Shown here in pieces: positions 51,952 through 61,155 of a stretch of DNA of 64,000 nt (position 1 is its first letter; the number at the start of each line of letters is the position of its first letter). Where the stretch lies: assembly GCA_002841945.1 (NCBI GenBank), contig PHBI01000012.1:4169-68168 (forward strand), read 5' to 3'. The DNA is from Deltaproteobacteria bacterium HGW-Deltaproteobacteria-14 (GTDB taxonomy: Bacteria > Myxococcota_A > UBA9042 > PHBI01). Under the pieces are notes generated by a model. It saw only the letters and a program-made list of their open reading frames with translations. It was not told where the DNA came from and made no database searches. The translations under genes were made by a program, and so were the position numbers.

Positions 51952-53630
51952 TCGAAGGCCCCCTCGGTCGCCCTGGTGATTCGATTCTGCATCCAGCCGT
52001 ATATCAGCAGCATCACGAAGATGAGCAGCGAGTAGGCGGCTGCCAGACCGAAGCGGTTGAGGACCTTGAAGGCGTAGTAGGCCTCGGTGATCAGGATGTT
52101 GGTCTCGTTCTCGGGGGCGCCGCCGCTCACGAGGTAGATGACGTTGAACATGTTGAACGTCCAGACGACGCCCAGGATGACCGCGGGGATGAGGGCCGGC
52201 TTCAGCAGCGGCAGGGTGACCGTGCGGAAGCGCTGCCAGCGGCCGGCGCCGTCGATGTCGGCGGCCTCGTAGAGCTCCTTCGGGATGGACTGGAGCGCGC
52301 CGAGGGTGACCACCATCATGAACGGGAAGCCGAGCCAGGCGTTGGTCGTCAGGTTCGCCATGAAGTTCGAGGCGAAGCTCGAGCCGGGGCCGATCCAGTT
52401 GACCTGGTCGACGCCGATCACGTCGAGGAGCGAGTTCACCGCGCCGTACTGCTGGTTGAACATCGACTTCCAGATGAGCGCCGTGATGTAGTTCGGGACC
52501 GCCCACGGGATGATGAGCAGCACCCGGTAGAGCGTCTTGAGCCGGAGCTTCGGGCGGTTCAACACCAGCGCCAGGGCGACGCCGATGGAGACGTGGAGGA
52601 GGACGTTGAGGACCGTCCACAGGATGGTGACCGACGTCGTCCAGTAGAAGTTCGGGTGGGTCGTGGCGCTCGGGTTCAGGATCTCCTGGAAGTTCCCGAG
52701 CCCGGTGAAGTCGCCGTCCTTCGAGAAGAAGGCGATGGCGACGCCCATGGCGAAGGGGATGAAGACGAGCACGATCATCCCGAGCATCGCCGGGACGACG
52801 TAGACGTAGGTGCGCGGCTGCTCGCGGACCCCGCGGAAGACGCTCGCCATGCCCGAGATGGACGCCGCCCCGAGGGCGAAGCCGACCAGACCCGGCCACG
52901 CGACGAGCGCGCTCTCCTGGCCGAGGAAGGTCAGCGCGATCGGGATCGCCGCCGCCGCGCCGTGGGCCAGGCGGCGCCGGCCGCCGGTGAGGTAGGAGGC
53001 CGCGACGCCGAGCAGCGCCGCGAGCGCGAGCATGAGCAGGAGCTGCGACGTCGGGGTGCTGGGGGCGGGGTTGGGCACGCGCACGATCACGTGCGCTATG
53101 CCCTCGAAATTGCCGTCCTTGGCGACCTGGGCGGTCGCGGAGAAGGCGTTGTCGGTGTCGCTCAGCTTGACGACGCTGAAGCGACGGTCCTTCGGGATGG
53201 GCTGGTGCTTGGAGAAGTAGTCCTGAAGCTCCGCCGACCGGTTGAGCAGCCCCTGGGCGACGACCTCGGGATCGGCGTTGACGACGCCGGCGTCGATCAC
53301 GCGCTTGCCGGCGACCTCGGAGCCGACGGCGATGCCGAAGTCATCGGTCCCGCCGCTGGTCACGACGTAAGCAGCCGCGACGCCGTCGGGGAGCTGCTCG
53401 ACGGCGCTCGGACCGGCGGCGGCGACGCGAGCGGCGAGGTCGTCGGCGAGCGCGCCGACCCTCGTCTCGACGGCGCGTCGGTGGTCCCGTGCGTCGTTGT
53501 AGCGGGTCAGCCCGAGGACCGATCCGGCGACGACCACGACGATCAGGGCGGTCGCCAGCCCGTCGGAGACGCGCGCGTAGGGCCTCGCCTTCGGTCCACA
53601 GTAGGGTGCTTGGCCCGCGTCGAAAGCCAT
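51948..53630 (-). CDS. malF: Maltose/maltodextrin-type sugar ABC transporter permease, MalF-like, with an N-terminal extension.
   Basis: 560 aa. BPD-transporter permease domain with an EAA-like loop (KELYEAADIDGAGRWQRFRTVTLPLL). The N-terminal approximately 260 aa carry a TM helix plus a periplasmic region. Confidence 0.9.
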   Translation of the reverse strand: MAFDAGQAPYCGPKARPYARVSDGLATALIVVVVAGSVLGLTRYNDARDHRRAVETRVGALADDLAARVAAAGPSAVEQLPDGVAAAYVVTSGGTDDFGIAVGSEVAGKRVIDAGVVNADPEVVAQGLLNRSAELQDYFSKHQPIPKDRRFSVVKLSDTDNAFSATAQVAKDGNFEGIAHVIVRVPNPAPSTPTSQLLLMLALAALLGVAASYLTGGRRRLAHGAAAAIPIALTFLGQESALVAWPGLVGFALGAASISGMASVFRGVREQPRTYVYVVPAMLGMIVLVFIPFAMGVAIAFFSKDGDFTGLGNFQEILNPSATTHPNFYWTTSVTILWTVLNVLLHVSIGVALALVLNRPKLRLKTLYRVLLIIPWAVPNYITALIWKSMFNQQYGAVNSLLDVIGVDQVNWIGPGSSFASNFMANLTTNAWLGFPFMMVVTLGALQSIPKELYEAADIDGAGRWQRFRTVTLPLLKPALIPAVILGVVWTFNMFNVIYLVSGGAPENETNILITEAYYAFKVLNRFGLAAAYSLLIFVMLLIYGWMQNRITRATEGAFE

Positions 53631-53641
53631 CGTGGTCGCCC

Positions 53642-55021
53642 CTACTTGCCGCGCTTGGCGATGTCGTCGACCATCTTGGCCTGGGCCTTCTTCAGCTCGG
53701 CGGCGGGGTCGCGGTCGGCGACGAAGATGCCCGCCGAGATCGCGATGTCAGCCGGGGTCCACAGGAGCTGCATCTCGGGGGTCGCGTCCATCAGGACGGC
53801 GTTGCTGGCCTGCTCGAGGAAGACCTTCATGGTCGGGTCCTCGGCGGCGCCGGCCTCGAGGGTCGCCTGGTGGCAGACGGGCTGCTTGCCCTCGCGCATC
53901 CGGACGCCCGCGGAGTCAGCGCCGGCGAGGTACTTGGCGGCCTCGAGGGCGGCCTCCTTCTTCTTGGAGGTCTTGGTCACGAAGATCGCCTCGATGCCGA
54001 GCATCGGCTTCGGCACGCGGCCGTCGGCGAAGGGCGGGATGGTCGCGATGCCGTAGTCCATGCCCTCGGCGATCTCGGGGCGGAACCAGGGGCCGTTGAA
54101 GACGAAGGGCGCCTTGTGCTCGTTGAAGAGGCTCGTGACCATGAAGCCCGAGATGCCCTTCGCCACGATCTTGTCGTCCATGTGGAGCTTGCGGACGAAC
54201 TTCAGGGCGGCCAGCTGCTCGGGGGTGTCGAAGGCGGGGACGTGCGCGTCGTCGAAGATGCGCCCGCCGAAGGCGTAGATCCACATGGCGTGGAAGTAGA
54301 GCCCGCCGGCCTGGTACACGATGCCCTGGCGGTCGCCGGTGAGCAGCTCCTTGGCCTTGGCGATGAGCTCCTCCATCGTCTTCGGGGGCTCGGGGACGAG
54401 GGTCTTGTCGTAGAAGAGCACCAGCGACTTCATGGCCAGCGGGAGCCCGTAGAGGTTCTTGCGGTAGACGAGCGCCCGGACCGACTCGGGCAGGAACTGC
54501 TTGAGGGTGTCGCCCTCGATCTTGCCCGACAGGGGCTCGAGCACGCCCTGCTCGACCCAGTTGCCGATCATGTTGTGGGCGAAGATGAACAGGTCGGGAC
54601 CCTGGCCGCGCGGGACGGTGATGGTGACCTTGTCCACGAAGGGGTCGTAGGGGACCGCCTGGGAGCGGACGTGGATCTTGTTCTGCGAGGCGTTGTACTG
54701 GTCGACGACCTTGTCGAACGCGGCGGCCTCGCCGGCGCGGTAGGCGTGCCACAGGACGATCTCGACCGGCTCGCCGGCGGCGGGCGCGGGGGCGGCGGTC
54801 GCCGTGTCAGCCTCGGCCGGGGCCGGGGTGGCGGCGTCGGCCTCGGCGGCCGTCGGGGTGACGGCGTCGGCTTCGGCCTCGGCCGGGGCGGGGGTGGTGG
54901 CCGGCGGCGCGGCCGTCGCGGGAGCCGGCGGGCTGTCCTTCTCGCCGCAGCCTGCGGTCAGCAGCAGCGCGGCGCCGAGAGCGGCGAGGTGGAAGAGGTG
55001 GCTCTGGTGGCGCTCAAGCAT
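53642..55021 (-). CDS. malE: Maltose/maltodextrin-binding protein, MalE-family solute-binding lipoprotein.
   Basis: Lipobox [10 protein letters not shown] plus a Pro/Ala-rich linker. [33 protein letters not shown] and [19 protein letters not shown] match the MalE family. Overlaps the malK end by 8 nt. Confidence 0.9.
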   Translation of the reverse strand: MLERHQSHLFHLAALGAALLLTAGCGEKDSPPAPATAAPPATTPAPAEAEADAVTPTAAEADAATPAPAEADTATAAPAPAAGEPVEIVLWHAYRAGEAAAFDKVVDQYNASQNKIHVRSQAVPYDPFVDKVTITVPRGQGPDLFIFAHNMIGNWVEQGVLEPLSGKIEGDTLKQFLPESVRALVYRKNLYGLPLAMKSLVLFYDKTLVPEPPKTMEELIAKAKELLTGDRQGIVYQAGGLYFHAMWIYAFGGRIFDDAHVPAFDTPEQLAALKFVRKLHMDDKIVAKGISGFMVTSLFNEHKAPFVFNGPWFRPEIAEGMDYGIATIPPFADGRVPKPMLGIEAIFVTKTSKKKEAALEAAKYLAGADSAGVRMREGKQPVCHQATLEAGAAEDPTMKVFLEQASNAVLMDATPEMQLLWTPADIAISAGIFVADRDPAAELKKAQAKMVDDIAKRGK

Positions 55022-56135
55022 TGGACTCCCCCTGAATGGCGCGGGTGAGGTTGACGCCGCTGGCGTCGAAGACGTGGACGCGGTGGGGCTCGACGCCGAC
55101 CCGCAGGGTGTCGCCGACGCTGGCCAGCAGGTCGCCCGGGAGGCGGACGACCAGGATGGTGTCAGCGTCGACGCGGGTGTGCGCGAAGGTCTCCGACCCC
55201 ATGTGCTCGGTGTGGGTGATCTCGCCGGTGGCGACGACCGGCTCGCCGTCGGCGGCGGCGTGGACCTGCTGCGGGCGCAGACCGAGGGTGACCTCGGCGC
55301 CGCTCGCGTCGGCGCAGGCCGCCGCGTGGGCGGCCGGGAGGACCAGGTTGCAGCCGTGCCCTTCGAATGCGAGGCCGTCGCGGTGGGGGACCAGCCGGCC
55401 GGGGACGAAGTTCATCGCCGGGCTGCCGATGAAGCCCGCGACGAAGCGGTTCTTCGGCTGGCGGTAGACCTCCATCGGGGCGCCGTACTGCTGCAGGTAG
55501 CCCATCGACATGACCGCGATGCGGTCGGCCAGCGTCATCGCCTCGACCTGGTCGTGGGTGACGTAGACCATCGTCGTCCGCAGGCTGCGGTGGAGCGCGG
55601 CGATCTGGACACGCATCTGCACGCGCAGCTTGGCGTCGAGGTTCGACAGCGGCTCGTCGAAGAGGAAGACCGACGGCTGGCGCACGATGGCGCGACCCAT
55701 CGCGACGCGCTGCCGCTGCCCGCCCGAGAGCGCCTTCGGCTTGCGGGCGAGGTACTCGGTCAGCCCGAGCATCTCCGCCGCCGCGTCGACGCGCTTGGCG
55801 ATCTCGACCTTCGGCATCTTCCGCAGCTTCAGCCCGAACGCCATGTTCTCGGCGACGGTCATGTGCGGATAGAGCGCATAGCTCTGGAAGACCATGGCGA
55901 TGTCGCGGTCGCGCGGAGGCACGTCGTTGACGACGCGACCTCCGATGCTCAGCGAACCCGCCGTGATCTCCTCGAGGCCGGCGATCATGCGCAGCGTGGT
56001 GGACTTTCCGCACCCGGAGGGCCCGACCAGGACGACGAACTCGCCGTCGTCGATGGTCAGATCGACCTCGTTCACGGCCGCTTCCTTGGCGCCCGGGTAC
56101 GTCTTCGTGACTCTGTTTAGGACTACTTCGGCCAT
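55014..56135 (-). CDS. malK: Sugar ABC transporter ATP-binding protein, MalK/UgpC-like.
   Basis: Walker [13 protein letters not shown] signature [15 protein letters not shown]. Walker [13 protein letters not shown]-loop VYVTHDQ. C-terminal regulatory/TOBE-like domain. Confidence 0.9.
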   Translation of the reverse strand: MAEVVLNRVTKTYPGAKEAAVNEVDLTIDDGEFVVLVGPSGCGKSTTLRMIAGLEEITAGSLSIGGRVVNDVPPRDRDIAMVFQSYALYPHMTVAENMAFGLKLRKMPKVEIAKRVDAAAEMLGLTEYLARKPKALSGGQRQRVAMGRAIVRQPSVFLFDEPLSNLDAKLRVQMRVQIAALHRSLRTTMVYVTHDQVEAMTLADRIAVMSMGYLQQYGAPMEVYRQPKNRFVAGFIGSPAMNFVPGRLVPHRDGLAFEGHGCNLVLPAAHAAACADASGAEVTLGLRPQQVHAAADGEPVVATGEITHTEHMGSETFAHTRVDADTILVVRLPGDLLASVGDTLRVGVEPHRVHVFDASGVNLTRAIQGESNA

Positions 56136-56331
56136 GACCGCGCCATCCTGACACAGTCCCCAGGGGCGGGGAAGGGGACCGGGGCGGAGATCACGGAGAT
56201 CTCGGCGGTTCAGCCAGCCCTACGGCGCAAAGTGTGCGCTGGTGCGGCTCACCGGCCGAACGCGCTGCGTCGCAATTCCACGACAATCAGGACCCACGGG
56301 GTCCGCTTTCCGCGCGGCCCGGGATCAGATT

Positions 56332-56353
56332 CGTAACTTCAATCTGAGTTACG
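56332..56353. promoter_or_regulatory. Palindromic candidate operator CGTAACT-TCAATCTG-AGTTACG about 200 bp upstream of malK.
   Basis: 7-bp inverted arms (GTAAC...GTTAC with 10-nt spacing), flanked by the interleaved CAGATT/AATCTG inverted repeat. Lies in a lower-GC stretch of the cotH-like/malK intergenic region. Confidence 0.45.
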
Positions 56354-56424
56354 GAGGCGAGGATCCGCACCACGACTGCGTTGTCGGCGATGGGGCGCGG
56401 TCGCCCACCGGCCCGGGGGCCGGT

Positions 56425-57957
56425 TCACGGCGGCGGCGCCCACTCGAGGTCGAGCTGCTCGGCGACCGAGGCGCGCTTGGTCGCGAAGTACCAGGCGGCC
56501 TGGCCGTCGTCCTCCATGAGGTCCCCCTCGCCGGTGTCGTTGGCGAGGAAGGGGGCGTAGAGCGTCGCCTGGGCGGCGTAGGTGGCGGCGTAGTCGGCGT
56601 AGTCGAAGAGGCCGTCGTCGGGGGCCACGAGCGCGGCGAGGATGGCGTCGTAGCGGGCGCGGAGGGCCGGGACCGCGAGCACGCGGTCGGCGAGGGGGTG
56701 GGTCGTGTGCGGGTCCCCCCAGGCGGCGTTCAGGTTCTTCCAGCGATGGACGTCGGCGGTAGCGATGCCCTCGTAGGTCCACTCGGGGGTGGGCTCCCAG
56801 CCGCCGCCAAAGCCGTGGTCGTAGTCGTAGGGGACGAGCTCGGCGAGGCCGCCGGCGCGGTCGAAGTAGAGGTAGTAGTTGTTGCCCATGGCCCAGTAGT
56901 CGTCCGGCATCCCGATGAGGACGTTCATGGCGAGCCAGCGCAAGAAGCGCTCGACGTCGAAGGTGGCGGCGAGGTCGGCGGCCAGCGGCGGCCCCTCTTC
57001 GTCGTGGAGCAGCGCGATGAAGGCGCGGAGCGCAGCGTGGTCGGAGGTCTCTTCGTTGGTCTGCAGGTCGTACGCGGGGCGGTAGTTGCGGGTCCAGTCC
57101 TTGACGCCGATCGCCCGCGGGTCCGTGACCGGCTCGAGGGTGGCGGGGCCGTAGCCCTGCCAGAGGCATTTGTAGAGGTCGCCGTCGTTGCCGGCCGAGC
57201 CCCGGCGCTTGGCGAGGAAGCCCTTGTCGACCTCCTCGATGGCCGTGTAGAGGCCGAAGTAGACCGGGGTCCCGCCGATCTCGAGGGTCAGGGCGACCGG
57301 GGCCGTGAGCGGCGCGGCGACGCCGGCGCGCCGGAACAGCTCGTACGCGTAGAGCTCGCGGATCAGCGACGGATCGTCGTCGTTGTTCCACTTCAGGTTG
57401 AGCGCGCGCACGGTGCGAAAGCGCCGGTCGGAGCGCTCCGCGGCCGCCGGCGAGGCGGGTTCGAGGTCGAAGGTCGTGTTGAAGCGGAGCTTGAAGTGGG
57501 CCTTGTGGTACGCGCCGGCGGGATCCTGAGGGACGACGCGGGTCGTGTTGCCGCGGGTGCGGAAGCCGACGTCGCTGATGACCTCCTCGGTGCCGTCGGC
57601 GGCCGTGAAGACGAAGTCCGCGTGGTGGTAGCGGCCGCTGCGCATGAGTCCGTCGATGGCGGCGTAGTCCAGCATGTCGGCGACCAGGCCGTCCCACGCC
57701 TGCTGGGTCATGCGCACGGTGATCGGCTGCACGCGGTCGTGGCGGAAGAAGTCGAAGAAGTGCGCGTCCGCGGTGATGGGCACGGGGGTGAAGGTGACCG
57801 GGGAGGGCCCGACGTCCGCGACGTCTGGGGCCGCCACGTCGGCGGTGTCGAGGACGCGCGTGTCGCTGGCGCTCGTCGCGTCGCCCGCCGGCCGCGGGTC
57901 GTCGCCGCAGCTGCTCGTCGCGCCCAGCAGCGCGAAGGCGAGGGCGAGGCCGCGCAT
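56425..57957 (-). CDS. CotH-family (atypical kinase-fold) lipoprotein.
   Basis: Start trimmed to ATG 57957. Signal MRGLALAFALLGATSSCGDDPRP plus a D/T/A linker. CotH-like motifs LYTAIEEVDKGFLAKRRG and DDYWAMGNNYYLYFD. Confidence 0.65.
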   Translation of the reverse strand: MRGLALAFALLGATSSCGDDPRPAGDATSASDTRVLDTADVAAPDVADVGPSPVTFTPVPITADAHFFDFFRHDRVQPITVRMTQQAWDGLVADMLDYAAIDGLMRSGRYHHADFVFTAADGTEEVISDVGFRTRGNTTRVVPQDPAGAYHKAHFKLRFNTTFDLEPASPAAAERSDRRFRTVRALNLKWNNDDDPSLIRELYAYELFRRAGVAAPLTAPVALTLEIGGTPVYFGLYTAIEEVDKGFLAKRRGSAGNDGDLYKCLWQGYGPATLEPVTDPRAIGVKDWTRNYRPAYDLQTNEETSDHAALRAFIALLHDEEGPPLAADLAATFDVERFLRWLAMNVLIGMPDDYWAMGNNYYLYFDRAGGLAELVPYDYDHGFGGGWEPTPEWTYEGIATADVHRWKNLNAAWGDPHTTHPLADRVLAVPALRARYDAILAALVAPDDGLFDYADYAATYAAQATLYAPFLANDTGEGDLMEDDGQAAWYFATKRASVAEQLDLEWAPPP

Positions 57958-58115
57958 GCGCGGTCCGCCACGGTTACGGCTCTCCCGACGGCGTGCGCGC
58001 ATCTCGAACCTCCAGCGCGCGAGTGTACCAAAGCTAGCTCGGCGCCGTCCGGGACTCTTCCTGCGCCGGGCGGTCGTGTCTAATGTCCGCCGGTGCGCCA
58101 GCGACGGAGGCCAGC

Positions 58116-58562
58116 ATGGGGGTGGTGGATGCGGTGAAGCGGGGTCTCAAGGGGGCGCTCGACGCGGTCACGGGGCACGCCGCGGTGGTGGACGTGACGT
58201 GGCTCGGGGTCGCGGCGCCAGGGGCGCGGGTGGCGGTGCGCGCGACGGTCACCTCGACCGGCGGCGCGGTGGCGGCCGCGGGGCTGATGGTCGATCTCCA
58301 CGGCGAGGACGACCTCGACGAGGGCCTGCTCGACAAGGCGGCGGAGCTGCTCCCGGGGCGCGCGGACCCCGAGTACAGCTTCGAGATCGTCGGCCCGTTC
58401 GAGCTCACGCCGCACCAGTGCAAGACCTTCGAGGGGGAGTTCGCCTTCCCCGCCGACATGGACGCGAGCCGCACCTGGCTGCTCCGCGCGCGGGTGGCGA
58501 TGCCCGGGCACGATCCGCACAGCGCCTTCGCGATCGTCGCGCCCGCCGGGATGGTCGGTTAG
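58116..58562 (+). CDS. Small hypothetical protein.
   Basis: ATG at 58116 preceded by GGAGG. 148 aa. No recognised motif. Protein-like composition. Confidence 0.5.
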   Translation: MGVVDAVKRGLKGALDAVTGHAAVVDVTWLGVAAPGARVAVRATVTSTGGAVAAAGLMVDLHGEDDLDEGLLDKAAELLPGRADPEYSFEIVGPFELTPHQCKTFEGEFAFPADMDASRTWLLRARVAMPGHDPHSAFAIVAPAGMVG

Positions 58563-58641
58563 GGGGCGGGGACCGCGTGGAGCACGCCCGGTGGGTCCGC
58601 GCGCTTCCCCTCGCCGGCGGCCTTTGGCATGGTGCGCGACC

Positions 58642-60888
58642 ATGTCCAGCCGAACCCACCTCGTCGCCCTGATCCCGCTGCTGCTCGTCGTCACCGTCGC
58701 AGAGATGCGGCCGGCCGGCGCCGCGGAGCTGACCCTCGAGCGGATCTTCGCCGACCCGCCGCTGTCGGGGCGCGCCCCGATGCAGCTCGCGCTGAGCGAG
58801 GACGGAACGGTGCTGGCGTACCTGCGGCCCAACGAGCAGGACTCCGAGATCCTGGACCTGTGGGGGCGGCGGCTGCCCGGCGGGGCGCCGGAGCGGCTCG
58901 TCGCGACGGCGGACCTGCTCGGGGCGGGGGCCGCGCAGAAGCTCACCGAGGCCGAGCGGATGGCGCTCGAGCGCAAGCGCATCTACAAGCGCGGCATCAC
59001 GTCGTTCATGTGGTGCGGCGACGGGGCGGACGCGCTGCTGTTTCCGTTCTCCGGTGACCTCTATTGGGCGCGCCTCGGCGCCGCGGGGGAGGCCCCGCAG
59101 GTGGTGCGGCTGACCCGCGACGACGACCGGCCGGAGCTGTCACCGCGGTGCTCACCGCATGGCAACAAGATCTCGTTTACGAAGGCCGGTGATGTCTACG
59201 TGCTGGATGTTGCGTCGCACAAGACGCGCCGCCTGACGCGGGGCGCGAGCGCGACGCGGAGCTTCGGCCTGGCGGAGTTCATCGCCGAAGAGGAGATGGG
59301 GCGCCACGAGGGGCTGTGGTGGTCGCCGGACGAGACCCGGGTGTTGGTGTTCGGGGTCGACGAGTCGCCGGTGAGCGTGAAGATCCGGGCGAAGATCTTC
59401 GCGGACCGGACGGAGCTGGTCGAGCAGCGCTACCCGGCCGCCGGGGAGGCGAACGCGCGGGTGACGGCGCAGGTGATCGACGTGCGCACCGGGCGGCGCA
59501 CGGCGCTGAAGACGCCGACCGAGGACGGCTATCTGCCGCGGGCCGGGTTCTTCCGCGACGGGACGCCGTGGCTGCAGTGGCAGAGCCGGGACCAGAAGCG
59601 GCTCGTGCTGTACGAGGCCGACCGTCGCGGCGCGCTGCGTCAGGTGCTCGAGGAGCGCGACGAGGCGTGGGTCGAGCTGCACGACGATCTGGTGGGGCTG
59701 CCGGACGGGCGCCTGCTGTGGTCGAGCGAGGCGAGCGGGCGGCGGCAGCTGGAGCTCGTCGAGCGCGCGAGCGGAGCGCGGGTCCAGCTCACGGCCGAGC
59801 CCGAGGCGGTCGAGGGGGTGGTCGGGGTCGATCGCGCCGCCGGGGTCGTCTACTACACGGTCGCGGCGGATCGCGGACGGCAGCGGCAGGTCCACGCGGT
59901 GCCGCTGGCGGGGGGCGCGGCGCGCGCGGTGACGAGCGAGTCGGGGTGGCATCAGCCGACCTTCGCGCGGTCCGGGACGCGCTTCATCGACGTCGCGTCG
60001 GCTTGGGGGCGGCCCGCGAAGACGACGCTGCGGTCGGCGGACGGGCGCGAGACGATCGCGCTCGACGACAACCCGACCCCCGAGCTGGCGAGCTTCCCGG
60101 CGCCCGCGCCCGAGTGGCGAGACTTCCGCGCCGACGATGGCACGGTGTTGAACGGGCTGCTGCTGGCGCCGCTGGGGCGGGAGCCGGGGCGGCGCTACCC
60201 GGTGATCACCTGGATCTACGGCGGGCCGACCTACCAGATGGTCGCGAACCGTTGGACCCGGGCGTACCCGCTGTTTCTGTGGCTCACGGCGCACGGATAC
60301 GGGGTGCTGCTCGTCGACAACCGGGGGACGGGGGGGCGCGATCGGGCCATCGACCGGGCGCACTATCGGCGCTTCGGCGACGTCGAGGTGCGGGATCTGT
60401 TCGGCGCGGTGCGCGAGGTGGCCGGGGTCGACTGGGTGGACCCGGCGCGGATCGGCGTGTGGGGGTGGAGCTACGGCGGGTACCTGTCGGCGCGGGCGGT
60501 GCTCGACGCGCACACGCCGTTCGCGGCGGCGTTCGCGGCGGCGCCGGTGACCGACTGGACGCTGTACGACACCCACTACACCGAGCGCTATCTGGGGATG
60601 CCAGACGGCGGCAAGGCCGAGGCGTACACGCGGGCGAACCTGGTGAGCCGCGCCGGGCTGCTGGCGCGGCCGCTGCTGATCATCCACGGCACCGCCGACG
60701 ACAACGTGCTGTTCGACAACACCTTGCAGCTGGTGCAGGCCCTCGAGGACGCGAGCCTGCCCTTCGAGCTGATGATCTATCCGGGCAAGGCGCACGGCGT
60801 TTCGGGACGGGCGGCGCAGCTGCACGTGTACAAGATGGCGTTCGGCTTCTTCGACCGGACGCTGCGGGCCGCGCCGCCGGGCCCTTGA
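58642..60888 (+). CDS. S9-family serine peptidase of the dipeptidyl-peptidase IV / prolyl oligopeptidase type: N-terminal beta-propeller plus C-terminal alpha/beta hydrolase.
   Basis: Start trimmed to ATG 58642. Signal MSSRTHLVALIPLLLVVTVAEMRPAGA. DPP-IV-like N-terminal region. Catalytic-Ser motif GVWGWSYGGYLS. Catalytic region LLIIHGTADDNV...GKAHG. Confidence 0.85.
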   Translation: MSSRTHLVALIPLLLVVTVAEMRPAGAAELTLERIFADPPLSGRAPMQLALSEDGTVLAYLRPNEQDSEILDLWGRRLPGGAPERLVATADLLGAGAAQKLTEAERMALERKRIYKRGITSFMWCGDGADALLFPFSGDLYWARLGAAGEAPQVVRLTRDDDRPELSPRCSPHGNKISFTKAGDVYVLDVASHKTRRLTRGASATRSFGLAEFIAEEEMGRHEGLWWSPDETRVLVFGVDESPVSVKIRAKIFADRTELVEQRYPAAGEANARVTAQVIDVRTGRRTALKTPTEDGYLPRAGFFRDGTPWLQWQSRDQKRLVLYEADRRGALRQVLEERDEAWVELHDDLVGLPDGRLLWSSEASGRRQLELVERASGARVQLTAEPEAVEGVVGVDRAAGVVYYTVAADRGRQRQVHAVPLAGGAARAVTSESGWHQPTFARSGTRFIDVASAWGRPAKTTLRSADGRETIALDDNPTPELASFPAPAPEWRDFRADDGTVLNGLLLAPLGREPGRRYPVITWIYGGPTYQMVANRWTRAYPLFLWLTAHGYGVLLVDNRGTGGRDRAIDRAHYRRFGDVEVRDLFGAVREVAGVDWVDPARIGVWGWSYGGYLSARAVLDAHTPFAAAFAAAPVTDWTLYDTHYTERYLGMPDGGKAEAYTRANLVSRAGLLARPLLIIHGTADDNVLFDNTLQLVQALEDASLPFELMIYPGKAHGVSGRAAQLHVYKMAFGFFDRTLRAAPPGP

Positions 60889-61155
60889 GGGGGTCTTTGA
60901 GTATTCGGATCGAGCCTGGCGTCGCGTCGTGGTTTCAAGTGGTTACGCAAGGCAGGCGACGGGCGAATCGCTAACTGGCCTCCCAGCGGGCCGCCTCCTT
61001 GGCCATCCCGCTGAGCTATTTCTGCGCGGACCCCCTAGAAATACTGATTGTTCGGTCGGTTCTTCGAGTGCGCTTTTTTGGGTCTCGTCCGGTGGCGGAG
61101 ATGCCGAACGGTGGTATCTGTGTCTGGTGGGGTCGCGTTCCGACGGAGAGCCGTC

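Noticed and set aside
51088-52899. 603-aa ORF (-) treated as one gene.
   Set aside because: Only the C-terminal 287 aa, from ATG 51951, match a MalG-type permease. The upstream part is a shadow of malF, whose stop overlaps that ATG.
48279-58083. Shadow ORFs 48279..49811(-), 50371..52035(+), 52593..54056(+), 53489..55048(+), 53916..54752(-), 55162..56154(-), 56242..58083(+), 56339..57697(-), 58080..58982(-), 59152..60825(-), 59316..60974(+), 60943..62739(-), 63038..63814(-) and 63094..63978(-).
   Set aside because: They overlap the mal genes, the CotH-like gene, the S9 peptidase, the PG-binding protein and the LRR protein. They lack motifs and have skewed composition.
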